Shown piece after piece: positions 28,606 through 38,435 of a stretch of 64,000 nucleotides of DNA. Origin of the DNA: Pedococcus sp. (lineage in GTDB: Bacteria; Actinomycetota; Actinomycetes; Actinomycetales; Dermatophilaceae); NCBI GenBank assembly GCA_039916625.1, contig JBDSKZ010000027.1, forward strand, positions 5,497-69,496, read 5' to 3'. Positions within the stretch are counted from its first letter, which is position 1. The number at the start of each line of letters is the position of its first letter. The position numbers were made by a program, and so were the translations under genes. The notes beneath the pieces are model-generated. The model was not told where the DNA came from. It saw only the letters and a program-made list of their open reading frames with translations, and did no database searches.

Positions 28606-28926
28606 CTACTCCCTGGCGTCGATGGCCGCCTCGAGGCGGTCGAGCTTGGCGGTCAGCTCGCCGGTCCTGGACCCCTGGCGGATGTCGGCCTTGAGGACGA
28701 GCGAGACGCGCGGACCGTAGGCGGCGACGGCGTCAACGGCTCCCTTGACCACGGCCATGCACTCGTCCCACTCCCCCTCGACCGTCGTGAACATCGAGTC
28801 CGTGCGGTGCGGCAGGCCGCAGGCCCGGACCACGGCGACGGCCGCGGCGACCGCATCGCTCACGGAGCCGGTGGAGTCGGTGGAGTCGATCGCAACGGAC
28901 GGGGCGACGGAGAAGGCAACGAGCAT
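28606..28926 (-). CDS. MTH1187/YkoF-family (UPF0045, thiamine-binding-like) protein
   Basis: MLVAFSVAPSV...SVSDAVAAAVAVVRACGLPHRTDSMFTTVEGEWDECMAVV is typical of the ~100-aa family. The ATG at 28926 was verified. Confidence 0.65.
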   Translation of the reverse strand: MLVAFSVAPSVAIDSTDSTGSVSDAVAAAVAVVRACGLPHRTDSMFTTVEGEWDECMAVVKGAVDAVAAYGPRVSLVLKADIRQGSRTGELTAKLDRLEAAIDARE

Positions 28927-28951
28927 GCCCCCACCGTATGCCGTGCCGGCG

Positions 28952-30025
28952 TCAGTCCCCGACGTGGCACTGGTAGGCCAGCACTGCCTCGACCCGGCGG
29001 AAGCCGAGCTCGTCGTTGACACCGACCATCTGGCTGTTCTGCTCGGCGTTGCAGGTCCGCACCCGCTTCGCCTCGGGCGCAGCTCGGGCCAGCTCCTGCA
29101 GACCCCGGACCTTGACCGCCATCCCCAGCCGGCGACCACGGTGCTCGCGACGCACCAGCGTCCCCCACTGCATCACGTCCTGCGGGCCGTCCGCGCGGAC
29201 CACGAGGTCGTTGTAGGCCACCACCTCACCGCTCGGTGCGATGGCGACCGTGTGGACCATGGTTCGACCTTGGCGCGCGAGGTGGTCGACCTGCTCGACG
29301 TAGGTGGTGGGGCCCAGCGACTCGGCCTCGAAGTCCACCTCTCCCGTGGGGGCGTCGACAGCCAGCTGGTTCCAGCAGTCACAGTAGGACTGGCGCAGCT
29401 CGTCGGGAAGGCTGCCGACGAACGACTCGACGCGGTAGCCCGCGTGCATCGTGGAGGCGTCTGCCGCCAGCTGGTCGAGACGCGCCGGGTCGAGCGGGAC
29501 GTCGAGCAGCCGGCAGATCTCGGTGTTGGCCCACGCGAACCCGTGTCGCTCGGCGAAGCGGACGTGGGGGTGGTCGTCGCGCGCGCCGTCCGGCACGTGG
29601 CTCTCGACGAGCACGGTCGTGCGCCCCTCCTCACGGGTCCGCTCGACGAGCCGCCGGAGGAGCGCACTGCCGGCTCCCCTGTGGCGCAGCCGCGGGTCCA
29701 CGTCGACCTCGCCCCAGGTGAGGCGGGTGTTGTCCAGGAGGGGAAACCACAGGATCCCCAGGCCTGCGACCTCCCCGTCGACGAGGGCGACCCAGGGCTC
29801 GATGCGCTCCATCGTGTTGGGCGAACGCAGGTCCACCAGCAGCTCACGCAGCGACATCAGCTGGGCCCACGGCCGCTCGTGGCTGCGCGACGCGCTCATC
29901 GCGGTGTGCGCGGCACCCACCTCACCGTCGTCGTCGACCGTCAGCAGGCGCACGACGACGTCGCCACGGCTGTCGTCCGGCTGGACGGCAACGGTGGGCA
30001 CGGGGAGCGTGCTCGGTGCGGGCAT
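28952..30025 (-). CDS. GNAT-family N-acetyltransferase (two GNAT-like halves)
   Basis: The acetyl-CoA motif A is VDPRLRHRGAGSALLRRLV, and the second half has REHRGRRLGMAVK. The ATG at 30025 was verified. Confidence 0.75.
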   Translation of the reverse strand: MPAPSTLPVPTVAVQPDDSRGDVVVRLLTVDDDGEVGAAHTAMSASRSHERPWAQLMSLRELLVDLRSPNTMERIEPWVALVDGEVAGLGILWFPLLDNTRLTWGEVDVDPRLRHRGAGSALLRRLVERTREEGRTTVLVESHVPDGARDDHPHVRFAERHGFAWANTEICRLLDVPLDPARLDQLAADASTMHAGYRVESFVGSLPDELRQSYCDCWNQLAVDAPTGEVDFEAESLGPTTYVEQVDHLARQGRTMVHTVAIAPSGEVVAYNDLVVRADGPQDVMQWGTLVRREHRGRRLGMAVKVRGLQELARAAPEAKRVRTCNAEQNSQMVGVNDELGFRRVEAVLAYQCHVGD

Positions 30026-30134
30026 GCGACCAGTGTCAGCCCGTGACGCCCCGCCCCACAACGGGTTTTCGGCTCACCTCAGAAAGCACCTCTGACGCAC
30101 CATCTCGAGCCGGGGTGCGACCTTCGCCGGGGAG

Positions 30135-30575
30135 TCAGCCCGGCTCGAGGCCGACGTCGAAGTGCCAACGGCCGCAGGCACTTCCGGCCTCGAGGAGATT
30201 GGTCAGTGCGGCGACATCGACATCTGCGGGCAGGTCGGCGGCCACGAGGCCGTGGTCGGTGACGGTCGCAGCGCAGCCAAGCCCGGCGAGCTCCTCGACG
30301 ACCTCGTCCGGGGTCGTGGTGCCCAGCGGGGCAACCCTCGCCGTCCCCCGACCGGAGGCGAGAAGGACGCCGGTGACCCACCAGCGGTCGTCGCCGTCGA
30401 CCTGGACGACCGAGACGATGTCGTCAACGGCGATACCACTGGTGAACACCGGGACGGCCAGCACCGTACACGCACCGTCGTGGCGCATCTCGACCTCGAG
30501 CTGCTCGCTGTCGAAGGGCGGGTAGCCGTCCTCGTCCTGCTCGAGGGCGACATGGGCGTGCAGGTTCGGGGTCAT
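30135..30575 (-). CDS. DUF4265-like protein
   Basis: HVALEQDEDGYPPFDSEQLEV...VPVFTSGIAVDDIV matches my recollection of the DUF4265 N-terminal signature (DEDGYPP). The ATG at 30575 overlaps the kinase stop (ATGA). Confidence 0.55.
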   Translation of the reverse strand: MTPNLHAHVALEQDEDGYPPFDSEQLEVEMRHDGACTVLAVPVFTSGIAVDDIVSVVQVDGDDRWWVTGVLLASGRGTARVAPLGTTTPDEVVEELAGLGCAATVTDHGLVAADLPADVDVAALTNLLEAGSACGRWHFDVGLEPG

Positions 30576-32200
30576 CCCGCCTGCCCGTCGCCGCTGATCA
30601 GCCACGAGTCGCCGTTCGGCTCCACGGTGATCCGGTGCACCTCCTTGGAGTCGCCGCCGTCGACCTTCTTGAAGTCGAGCTGCACGATGACCGTGCCCAC
30701 CGAGGCATCCGCCTGTGTCTCGCCGACGTCGACCGACTTGATCGTGGACCAGAAGCCCTCGTAGCCGTCGCGGCCTCCGGCCTTCTGCTGCATCGCCGCA
30801 GTGAGCTGGGCGAAGGTGCCGTCGCGCTTGTTCTTCTTGGTGACGTCGGCGTAGTAGCTCTGGACGAACTTGGCCAGGCCCCCGTTGTCGGGAGCCTTGG
30901 TGGTGGCGGTGGTGGCGGTGGTCGTGGTGGTCGTCGTCGGGGCCTCGGTGGTCGTCGTGCTGCTGGACGAGCTGGACGAGCTGCTGCTGCTCGGGGACGA
31001 CGAGGAGGTCTGGGTCACCGTGGACGCGGGCGCGGTGGCCGTCGGCGTCTGGGCACCATCGGTGCCGGTGCCGCTCGGACGGGTGAGCAGGAAAGCCAGG
31101 GCGACGACACCGAGCACCGCCAGGGCCACCAGGATCGGCACGAGCGGGGAGCGCCGCTGGCCGCGGTCGTCAGGACCTTCGGGCCCACCAGCCCCGTCGC
31201 CAGCTCCGGCCGGTGGTCCCGGGGGGAACGGATCACCGGCGTACGGCACCGCTGCGGGAGCGGGCTCCATACGCTGCGTCGACTCGACGGGTTCGGGGAT
31301 GAACTCCGTAGCGGCAGCGTTGCCCAGCGCAGCGCCGGCGGCGCCCGCGCCCGCCGCTGCGGCACCGAGCGCGGTGCCCTCCGGGAGCGCCATGGTGGTG
31401 TCGCCCGCGGCGATGCGGCGAAGGCGCTCGGAGACCGTGTCCATGTCCCAGCGCTGCTCGGGGTCCGCGTCCATCATGGCGGCGATCGCCCCGCCCAGCG
31501 GACCAGCCTGCTCCATCGGTCGGGCCTCGCCCGCTGCGATGGCCTGCAACGTCGCGAGCGGGTTGGCCTGCGACTCATAGGGCGGGTGCCCCTCGACGGC
31601 GTAGTAGAGCGTCGCACCGAGCGCCCACACGTCGGAGCCTGACGTCGGGTTGCCACCGCGCGCCAGCTCCGGCGAGAGGTAACCGGGGGTGCCGGTCATG
31701 AAGCCGGTCTGCGTCAGCTGGTCGTCGGTCAGCGCCCGTGCGATGCCGAAGTCACTGATCTTGGGGGTGCCGGTCTGGTCCATGAGGATGTTGCCGGGCT
31801 TGATGTCGCGGTGCACGATCCCGCGCTGGTGGGCCCGGGCCAGGGCGCCGGCGACAGCGCTGCCGATGGCGGCGACCCGGGTGGGGGGCAACGCGCCGAT
31901 GTCGCGGATCGTCTCGGCGAGGCTCTGTCCCTCGACGTACTCCATGACCAGCCAGTGGGCGTCGTCCTGGTCCACGATGTCGTAGACCCCGACGGTGTTC
32001 GCGTCGTTGAGCGAGGCAGCGATCCGTGCCTCGCGCATCGCTCGGGCAGCAGCGGCAGGCTCTCCCGGCAGGGCTCCGACGCGCTTGACCGCGACCTCAC
32101 GGCCCAGGACGTTGTCCAGGCACAGCCACACCGTGCCCATCCCACCACTGCCGATGGCGCGCACGACCTCGTAGCGTCCGGCGATGAGCTCGGGCTGCAC
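30572..32200 (-). CDS. Ser/Thr protein kinase with TM anchor, poly-Ser/Thr linker and extracytoplasmic domain
   Basis: GSGGMGTVW, AVKRV, HRDIKPGNIL, DFGIA and GTPGYLSPE. The TM is LVPILVALAVLGVVALAFLL. The linker is SSSSPSSSSSSSSSSSTTTTEAPTTTTTTTATTATT. GTG 32200 has AAAGGA upstream. Confidence 0.9.
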   Translation of the reverse strand: MQPELIAGRYEVVRAIGSGGMGTVWLCLDNVLGREVAVKRVGALPGEPAAAARAMREARIAASLNDANTVGVYDIVDQDDAHWLVMEYVEGQSLAETIRDIGALPPTRVAAIGSAVAGALARAHQRGIVHRDIKPGNILMDQTGTPKISDFGIARALTDDQLTQTGFMTGTPGYLSPELARGGNPTSGSDVWALGATLYYAVEGHPPYESQANPLATLQAIAAGEARPMEQAGPLGGAIAAMMDADPEQRWDMDTVSERLRRIAAGDTTMALPEGTALGAAAAGAGAAGAALGNAAATEFIPEPVESTQRMEPAPAAVPYAGDPFPPGPPAGAGDGAGGPEGPDDRGQRRSPLVPILVALAVLGVVALAFLLTRPSGTGTDGAQTPTATAPASTVTQTSSSSPSSSSSSSSSSSTTTTEAPTTTTTTTATTATTKAPDNGGLAKFVQSYYADVTKKNKRDGTFAQLTAAMQQKAGGRDGYEGFWSTIKSVDVGETQADASVGTVIVQLDFKKVDGGDSKEVHRITVEPNGDSWLISGDGQAG

Positions 32201-32341
32201 AGGGATCCTTTCGTCGGGTCGCCCATCACCCTATGACCTGCGGCCGCCCTTGACACTCCAGCACACCTGTTGGGGCACCCAGCGCCGTTGCGACCGAGCC
32301 GGAGCCGGGGCAGTGGCCGGGCAGGACGCGGGGCCGCGCGG

Positions 32342-33304
32342 TCAGCGCAGGGCTGCGACGAGCTGGTCGGCGGCGGCATAGGGGTCGGTGCTGCCGTCCA
32401 CGACCTGGCCAGCGAGCTCGTCGACCCCGCTGCCGTGCCGGAGGTCGCCCATCCTGGTGCGCAGCTGCTGGAGGGCGATCGCCTCGATCTCGTCACCGGC
32501 GCGGCGGACCCGGCGATCACGCAGCGTGCCGGTCTCCTGCATCCACGCGACGTGCTTGTCCAGCGCCTCCATGACGTCCTCGACGCCCTGGCCCTGCACG
32601 GCGACGGTCTTCACCACGGGAGGGCGCCACAGGTGGGGTGCGGTGCGGTCCCCCAGCGAGATCATGTGCCGTATGTCGCGGACCGTCGCGTCCGCCCCGT
32701 CGCGGTCCGCCTTGTTGACGACGAAGACGTCACCGATCTCGAGGATGCCGGCCTTGGCTGCCTGGATGCCGTCACCCATGCCGGGCGCGAGCAGGACGAT
32801 GGTGGTGTCGGCGAGGCCGGCGATCTCGACCTCGGACTGCCCGACGCCGACCGTCTCGACGAGGATGACTTCGCAGCCCGCGGCATCAAGGACGCGCAAC
32901 GCCTGGGGCGTCGTCCACGACAGCCCGCCGAGGTGGCCACGGCTGGCCATCGAGCGGATGTAGACCTCGGGGTCCAGGACGTGGTCCTGCATGCGCACGC
33001 GGTCACCGAGCAGTGCACCACCGGAGAACGGCGACGACGGGTCGACGGCCAGCACGCCGATCCGCTTGCCCCGAGCTCGGAACGCGGCGACCAGCGCATT
33101 CGTCGAGGTCGACTTGCCGACGCCGGGACTGCCCGTGATGCCGATGATGTGCGCCGTCCCGCTGTGGGGGGCCAGCGCGGCCATCACCTCGCGCAGGGCC
33201 GGGTGGGCGTCCTCGACGAGGCTGATCAGTCGCGCGACCGCGCGAGGCGAGCCTGCCCTGGCCGACTCGACCAGGGCAGGGACGTCGACGGTACGAGGAG
33301 CCAA
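32342..33304 (-). CDS. meaB: methylmalonyl-CoA mutase-associated GTPase MeaB/ArgK
   Basis: The P-loop is GITGSPGVGKST, followed by VDPSSPFSGGALLGD and VVNKADR. Confidence 0.88.
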   Translation of the reverse strand: MAPRTVDVPALVESARAGSPRAVARLISLVEDAHPALREVMAALAPHSGTAHIIGITGSPGVGKSTSTNALVAAFRARGKRIGVLAVDPSSPFSGGALLGDRVRMQDHVLDPEVYIRSMASRGHLGGLSWTTPQALRVLDAAGCEVILVETVGVGQSEVEIAGLADTTIVLLAPGMGDGIQAAKAGILEIGDVFVVNKADRDGADATVRDIRHMISLGDRTAPHLWRPPVVKTVAVQGQGVEDVMEALDKHVAWMQETGTLRDRRVRRAGDEIEAIALQQLRTRMGDLRHGSGVDELAGQVVDGSTDPYAAADQLVAALR

Positions 33305-33316
33305 GCCGGCTTCGCC

Positions 33317-34528
33317 CTACGCCGCGTCGGTGGTCGCGGGGACGCGGACGATGAGCGCGTCACCTTGGCCACCGCCACCGCAGAGGGCGGCGGCGCCGAC
33401 GCCACCACCACGGCGCTGGAGCTCGAGCGCGAGGTGCAGGGCGATCCGCGCTCCGGACATCCCGATCGGGTGGCCCAGGGCGATCGCGCCACCGTTGACG
33501 TTGACCTTGTCGACGTCGATGCCGAGCTCCTTGGCCGAGGCGAGGCCGACCGCGGCGAACGCCTCGTTGATCTCGACGAGGTCGAGGTCGGCCGGTGTGA
33601 TGCCCTCGCGCTCGCACGCCTTGGCGATGGCGCGGGCAGGCTGCTGCTGCAGGGTGGAGTCGGGACCGGCGACCATGCCGTGCGCGCCGATCTCGGCGAG
33701 CCAGGCCAGGCCCAGCTCCTGCGCCTTGGCCTTGCTCATGACGACCACGGCGGCGGCACCGTCGCTGATCTGGCTCGCCGACCCGGCGGTGATCGTGCCG
33801 TCCTTGGAGAACGCCGGACGCAGCCTGCCGAGGGTCTCGGTCGTGGTGTCGGCGCGGATGCCCTCGTCGGTCTTGAAGTCGATCGGGTCACCCTTGCGCT
33901 GCGGGATCGGCACGGAGACGACCTCGTCGTCGAACAGGCCGTCCTTCCAGGCGCGCGCGGCGAGCTGGTGGCTACGCGCCGAGAACTCGTCCTGCTGCTC
34001 GCGGGTGAACTCCTGGTCAGCGGTGTTGGCCTGCTCGGTCAGCAGCCCCATCGCCTGGTCGGTGAAGGCGTCCCACAGGCCGTCGAAGGCCATGTGGTCG
34101 CGCATCGTCACGTCGCCGTACTTGTGGCCCTCGCGCGACTTCTCGAGCAGGTGCGGCGCGTTGGTCATCGACTCCTGCCCACCGGCGACGACGGTGTCGC
34201 ACTCGCCTGCACGGATCAGCTGGTCGGCCATGGCGATGGCGTTGATGCCCGACAGGCAGACCTTGTTGATCGTCAGCGCCGGGACGCTCATCGGGATACC
34301 GGCCTTGGCAGCCGCCTGGCGGGCGGGGATCTGCCCGGCGCCGGCCTGGAGCACCTGGCCCATGATGACGTCGTCGACCTGCTCCGGCGCCACACCGGCC
34401 TTGTCGAGGGCGCCCTTGATGGCGAAGCCACCGAGGTCGGCCCCGGTGAAGCCCTTGAGCGAGCCCAGGAGGCGACCCATCGGGGTGCGCGCCCCCGCGA
34501 CGATGACAGAAACGGGACGATCAGACAT
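33317..34528 (-). CDS. acetyl-CoA C-acetyltransferase (thiolase II)
   Basis: The catalytic Cys region is [12 protein letters not shown]. The C-terminal region has [20 protein letters not shown] and [17 protein letters not shown] lies upstream of the ATG at 34528. Confidence 0.9.
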   Translation of the reverse strand: MSDRPVSVIVAGARTPMGRLLGSLKGFTGADLGGFAIKGALDKAGVAPEQVDDVIMGQVLQAGAGQIPARQAAAKAGIPMSVPALTINKVCLSGINAIAMADQLIRAGECDTVVAGGQESMTNAPHLLEKSREGHKYGDVTMRDHMAFDGLWDAFTDQAMGLLTEQANTADQEFTREQQDEFSARSHQLAARAWKDGLFDDEVVSVPIPQRKGDPIDFKTDEGIRADTTTETLGRLRPAFSKDGTITAGSASQISDGAAAVVVMSKAKAQELGLAWLAEIGAHGMVAGPDSTLQQQPARAIAKACEREGITPADLDLVEINEAFAAVGLASAKELGIDVDKVNVNGGAIALGHPIGMSGARIALHLALELQRRGGGVGAAALCGGGGQGDALIVRVPATTDAA

Positions 34529-34664
34529 GGTTCAAGCCTCCAGCGCCATTGGTGTGGTTCACCCAGCACTCTAGTCCGGCCACCGGGGCAGGGAACCGCG
34601 CGGGCGGGTGGCCCTGACCACACCGGTATGCCGCTCGGCGGGCTGCGCGCCCAGCCGGGCGACC

Positions 34665-37600
34665 TCACGTGGTGGTCGTGGTCGCCGTGACCCGTTGTCC
34701 CTCCGGGCTGAGCACCGTCACGGAGATGCGCAGCACCCCGGTGAGCGGGATGAACGCCTCGTACGGCGGGGGTGCGTTCGGTCCCCGGCGCAGCCGGTTG
34801 CGCACGAGGACGATCTCCCCCGTCCTGGGTAGCCCGCCGGACGCCCACGGGATCTCGTCGAAGGGGAACGACCCGGTCAGGGTGCGAACCCTGGGCGGGA
34901 ACGGACCGAGGGGCGGGAACGGACCTCCGCGGCGGAACGCCCCGCTGCCAGCACGCACGAACCCACCTCCGCCATCAGGGTCGAGCACTCCCGGGAACCG
35001 CCCCGCTCGTTCGGGCAGCACGATGGGCCCGGCGAGGCGCTGTGCTGCGACGACCTCGAGGACGTACGGCGGACGGCGCCGGGCGCTGGCGTTGGTCCAG
35101 ATGCCGACGTGGACGCCTCGACCCGCGATGGCGAACACGTCGACGAGGGAGACCGACACGTCCGGTGCCGGCTCGACCCAACCGGGCACGGTGAGCTCAC
35201 GAACCACCTCGCGGCCGAAGGGGTCGACCAGGCGCACCCTGACATCGACGGGGTCGGCCGCGACCGGCCGGGTGAACCACAGGGCGAGCGGCGACCGCCC
35301 GGCCACCCGGGCCCCCTGCTCGATGACCGGGGCGGTGGCCGCTCCTGCAGGAGGCGTGGCCAAGGGTGTCACCGGGACGTCCGGAAGGGTGACGACCGCG
35401 ATGTCGTCGGCGCCGACCTTCCCGTCCAGGCGGTGCACCCCTGCGGGCAGCACCCGTGGCGGAGCGGTCGTGGTGGAGCGCACCACGACCGCGCGGTGGT
35501 CCCCCCCACCGACCTCGGCCGTCAGCGGCTCGAGCTCCGGCGCACCGGGGGGGACGGTGACGGCGACGACGTCCGACGCTGCCGACGGCAGCCCGCGCTC
35601 GCCCTGCGCCGGGACGGTGTCGACCGGCACGGCGACCGAGCGCAGCAACCAGGGGTCCCAGCGGCTCGGCAGGGCGCCCGTCCAGGTGCTCGAATAGATG
35701 GGCTGCCCGAGGACGGGGTCGACGTCTGTCGGTGACGGAACAGCGGTGACCACCACGTCGGCGAACGCCGGTCCCATCGTCGACACATCGCGGGCTGCTT
35801 CGTCGGAGGTGGTGCGATACAACCGGAACCGTTGCACCGCGATGGGGCTCGCCGCATACAGACGGATGGTCACGGTGCCGTCAGCGGCCACGGACGGTCG
35901 CGCGAGCGGGGGGGACGGCCGGCGGAGCCTCGGTGCCATGGCCGCCTGGAAGTGCTCGTGCGGGGTGCCCGAGTCGGGCCACGGGCTCTCCACCCCGGAC
36001 TTGGTCATCGTGGTGACGAGGAACAGGTGGATGTCGGTCGACCCCTTGGGGAGGGTGGCGTCGTACGTCCGCACTGCGCCGCCGACCTCCTGGAACCGGC
36101 GGAAGGCCGCGCGGCGCTGGGTGGGGGTCATGGCGTCATACGCCGCGCGGAGGTCCACCAACCGCTGACCGGGGACGGCGGAGTCGGGGGCCTTCGGCGC
36201 GAGGCCCGCACGCTGGCGCAGCGAGGTCTCGTTGACCTCCCAGACGATGCAGGTGCGGACATCGGCGCCGGCGGGCAGCGACCACGCGACGCGCACGTGG
36301 CTGCAGCCCTGGGCGTCGAGGGTGCTGCCGAGCGGCACACCGGGCAGCGGCGGCGGGGGCAGCGGGACGACCGGCACCGGGCTCGCGGCGCTCGTGCGAG
36401 CGGGGTGCGGCTCGCCGGGCGACCACGGGGTCGGGGTGGCTCCCACGAGCAGGTGCCGTCGAGTCCATACCTGGACGCCCCACCTGCCGGTGCTGCCGAA
36501 GTCGAGGGTCGGCACGTCGGCGACCACGGCGTAACGTCGCCCACCGTTCCCCTGCGCCGGGCCGGGCACCGCGGTCGCGGTGCCGTCGGCCGACAGGGGA
36601 CGGACGGTGCAGCCGGACGGCACCGGGGCGTCGCCGGCGAACGCGAACCCGAGGTCACGCCGGAAGCAGCCCGCCGGGGTGACCGCGTCCGGGGACAGCC
36701 CAGCCGGCGGCGTCGCGGTCGGTGAGGACATCGGGAAGTAGATCGCCGCGATGTCGACCTGGGTCGGGGTGCGCTCCTGCCACTCGACGGCGACCTCGGC
36801 CTTGAGGGTGCCGGGGCAGGACGGCGAGCCGGAGTAGCGGGTGTCGAGGGCGACCGAGACGAGGCGGGTGGTCTGCGGCGCAGGTTCGTCGCCGATCCAC
36901 CCGACGTCCTGCCACGGCGACCAGATGCCGTGGAGGTCGCTGACGGCGACCGCGTAGCCCAGTCGACGGCCGCCGCCGCCGATGGCGATCTCCTGGCCAC
37001 CGTCGACGAGCGCGAGCCGGTTGTTGCCCGGCTCCCCCTGCGGCCCGTCGGGCGTGACGAGCAGGGGCCGGTCGCCGCCCGCGTCCCGAAGTGGCAGCAG
37101 CGAGACCGCTGGGCCGGCAGTCATGAGGTCGAAGCGCGCCAGCGCCGACTCGGTGACCGGGGACGTGGCTGCGGCCTTGGGCACGCGGTCCCACGAGAGC
37201 CGCACCGACTCGCGCCACGGGGCATCCGGCGCGACCGGGCCCACCAGCCCGGCCCGCACGGAGGTCAGCCCCGTCGGGGTCGGCACGACGAGGTGCGGCT
37301 CCGGAGCCGGGGCGTAGGCAGCGAACTCGGCTCCGCCGCGCTCCGGTGGGGCGAGGCGGGAGTACTTCGCCGTGACGAGGAAGTCGCAGTGGCCGACCTG
37401 TACCTGCAGGTCGTCCATCTGCTCCATCGTGTAGCTCGCGCCGAACCCGCAGGCGAGGTTGAGGAACGGGTCGCTCAGGGCCGGCAGCAGGAGCATCGGC
37501 CAGGGCCCCGTGTCGGCGGTGGTGCCGAGCGAGGACCTGCGGCCGTCCTGCTGCGGCGGGTCGACCGAGCGCGGGCTGGTGACGGCGAACTGCTGGTACT

Positions 37601-38435
37601 CGCGGACACCGGCGTCGTAGAGCGGCGGGAGCTCGGGGAACAGGTCGCGTCGCACCTCCTCGACGAGGAGCTTGGGGTCCGGGGCCTGCCACAGCGGCGC
37701 GGCTCGACCGGCCTCGGTGACCGGCGCCCACCCCAGCGGCGGCCCACCGCGCACCAGTCGGTGGATCGCCGCATCCACCGGCGGCATCAACCGGTCGAGG
37801 GGCCCCTGGTCGGAGGTGTCGTACTCGAACCCGGCGAGCGGCTGGTCCACGGGCAGCCCGACGATCTCCAACGGCTCCCACGCGTCGTCGTCGACGATCC
37901 GCTCGAGCGGGTCGACCGAGACGCGGAGGTCGGTGCCGTTGACGACCCTGGCATAGGTCGCGCCGGAGGTGCGGACGGTGATGGTGACCGGGTCGGCGTT
38001 CACCGGGCGCAGCGACCCCGCGGCGACGACGTGGTCGGGGTCGTCTCCGGTGCGGAACAGCAGCACCGCGACCGGCTGGCCGGGGTCGATGGGACGGCAG
38101 GTGACCTGGACGCAGCCTGCCTCGGCCGGTCCCCACGTGACCAGGGGGACGGGGTCCGAGGAGACCGACGCCCGGGTGCGCTTCGGGGAGTCCTTGGGGC
38201 TTCGGGTCCAGACGGTGAACGCCCCGCGCGGCACGCCGAGTCCCGGCCCACAGGCCCAGCTGAGGTGGATGTCCAGGGAGCGCAGCTGGAGCTGGCGGTC
38301 GTCGAAAGCCGGCAGGCCGTCGACCTCGATGTGGTCCAGCTGGCGCAACAGGGCCCGCTGCCGGGCCGCGATGGTCCCCCAGGGCAGCCGGACGGCCTTC
38401 GCACGGAACAACGACGAGTCGGACCTGCGTGCCAT
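34665..38435 (-). CDS. giant hypothetical protein B (1256 aa), no recognisable family
   Basis: This is the only frame with normal composition; the other frames are Arg/Pro-rich. The ATG at 38435..38433 shares its A with the TGA of the upstream giant ORF (TGATG). It is preceded by GGGAGGAGGAG, embedded in the upstream gene's final WEEEL codons. I see no signal peptide, no TM segment and no catalytic motif. Several segments look like beta-sandwich domains (e.g. VRVAWSLPAGADVRTCIVWEV, VTIRLYAASPIAVQRFRLYRT). Confidence 0.75.
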   Translation of the reverse strand: MARRSDSSLFRAKAVRLPWGTIAARQRALLRQLDHIEVDGLPAFDDRQLQLRSLDIHLSWACGPGLGVPRGAFTVWTRSPKDSPKRTRASVSSDPVPLVTWGPAEAGCVQVTCRPIDPGQPVAVLLFRTGDDPDHVVAAGSLRPVNADPVTITVRTSGATYARVVNGTDLRVSVDPLERIVDDDAWEPLEIVGLPVDQPLAGFEYDTSDQGPLDRLMPPVDAAIHRLVRGGPPLGWAPVTEAGRAAPLWQAPDPKLLVEEVRRDLFPELPPLYDAGVREYQQFAVTSPRSVDPPQQDGRRSSLGTTADTGPWPMLLLPALSDPFLNLACGFGASYTMEQMDDLQVQVGHCDFLVTAKYSRLAPPERGGAEFAAYAPAPEPHLVVPTPTGLTSVRAGLVGPVAPDAPWRESVRLSWDRVPKAAATSPVTESALARFDLMTAGPAVSLLPLRDAGGDRPLLVTPDGPQGEPGNNRLALVDGGQEIAIGGGGRRLGYAVAVSDLHGIWSPWQDVGWIGDEPAPQTTRLVSVALDTRYSGSPSCPGTLKAEVAVEWQERTPTQVDIAAIYFPMSSPTATPPAGLSPDAVTPAGCFRRDLGFAFAGDAPVPSGCTVRPLSADGTATAVPGPAQGNGGRRYAVVADVPTLDFGSTGRWGVQVWTRRHLLVGATPTPWSPGEPHPARTSAASPVPVVPLPPPPLPGVPLGSTLDAQGCSHVRVAWSLPAGADVRTCIVWEVNETSLRQRAGLAPKAPDSAVPGQRLVDLRAAYDAMTPTQRRAAFRRFQEVGGAVRTYDATLPKGSTDIHLFLVTTMTKSGVESPWPDSGTPHEHFQAAMAPRLRRPSPPLARPSVAADGTVTIRLYAASPIAVQRFRLYRTTSDEAARDVSTMGPAFADVVVTAVPSPTDVDPVLGQPIYSSTWTGALPSRWDPWLLRSVAVPVDTVPAQGERGLPSAASDVVAVTVPPGAPELEPLTAEVGGGDHRAVVVRSTTTAPPRVLPAGVHRLDGKVGADDIAVVTLPDVPVTPLATPPAGAATAPVIEQGARVAGRSPLALWFTRPVAADPVDVRVRLVDPFGREVVRELTVPGWVEPAPDVSVSLVDVFAIAGRGVHVGIWTNASARRRPPYVLEVVAAQRLAGPIVLPERAGRFPGVLDPDGGGGFVRAGSGAFRRGGPFPPLGPFPPRVRTLTGSFPFDEIPWASGGLPRTGEIVLVRNRLRRGPNAPPPYEAFIPLTGVLRISVTVLSPEGQRVTATTTTT

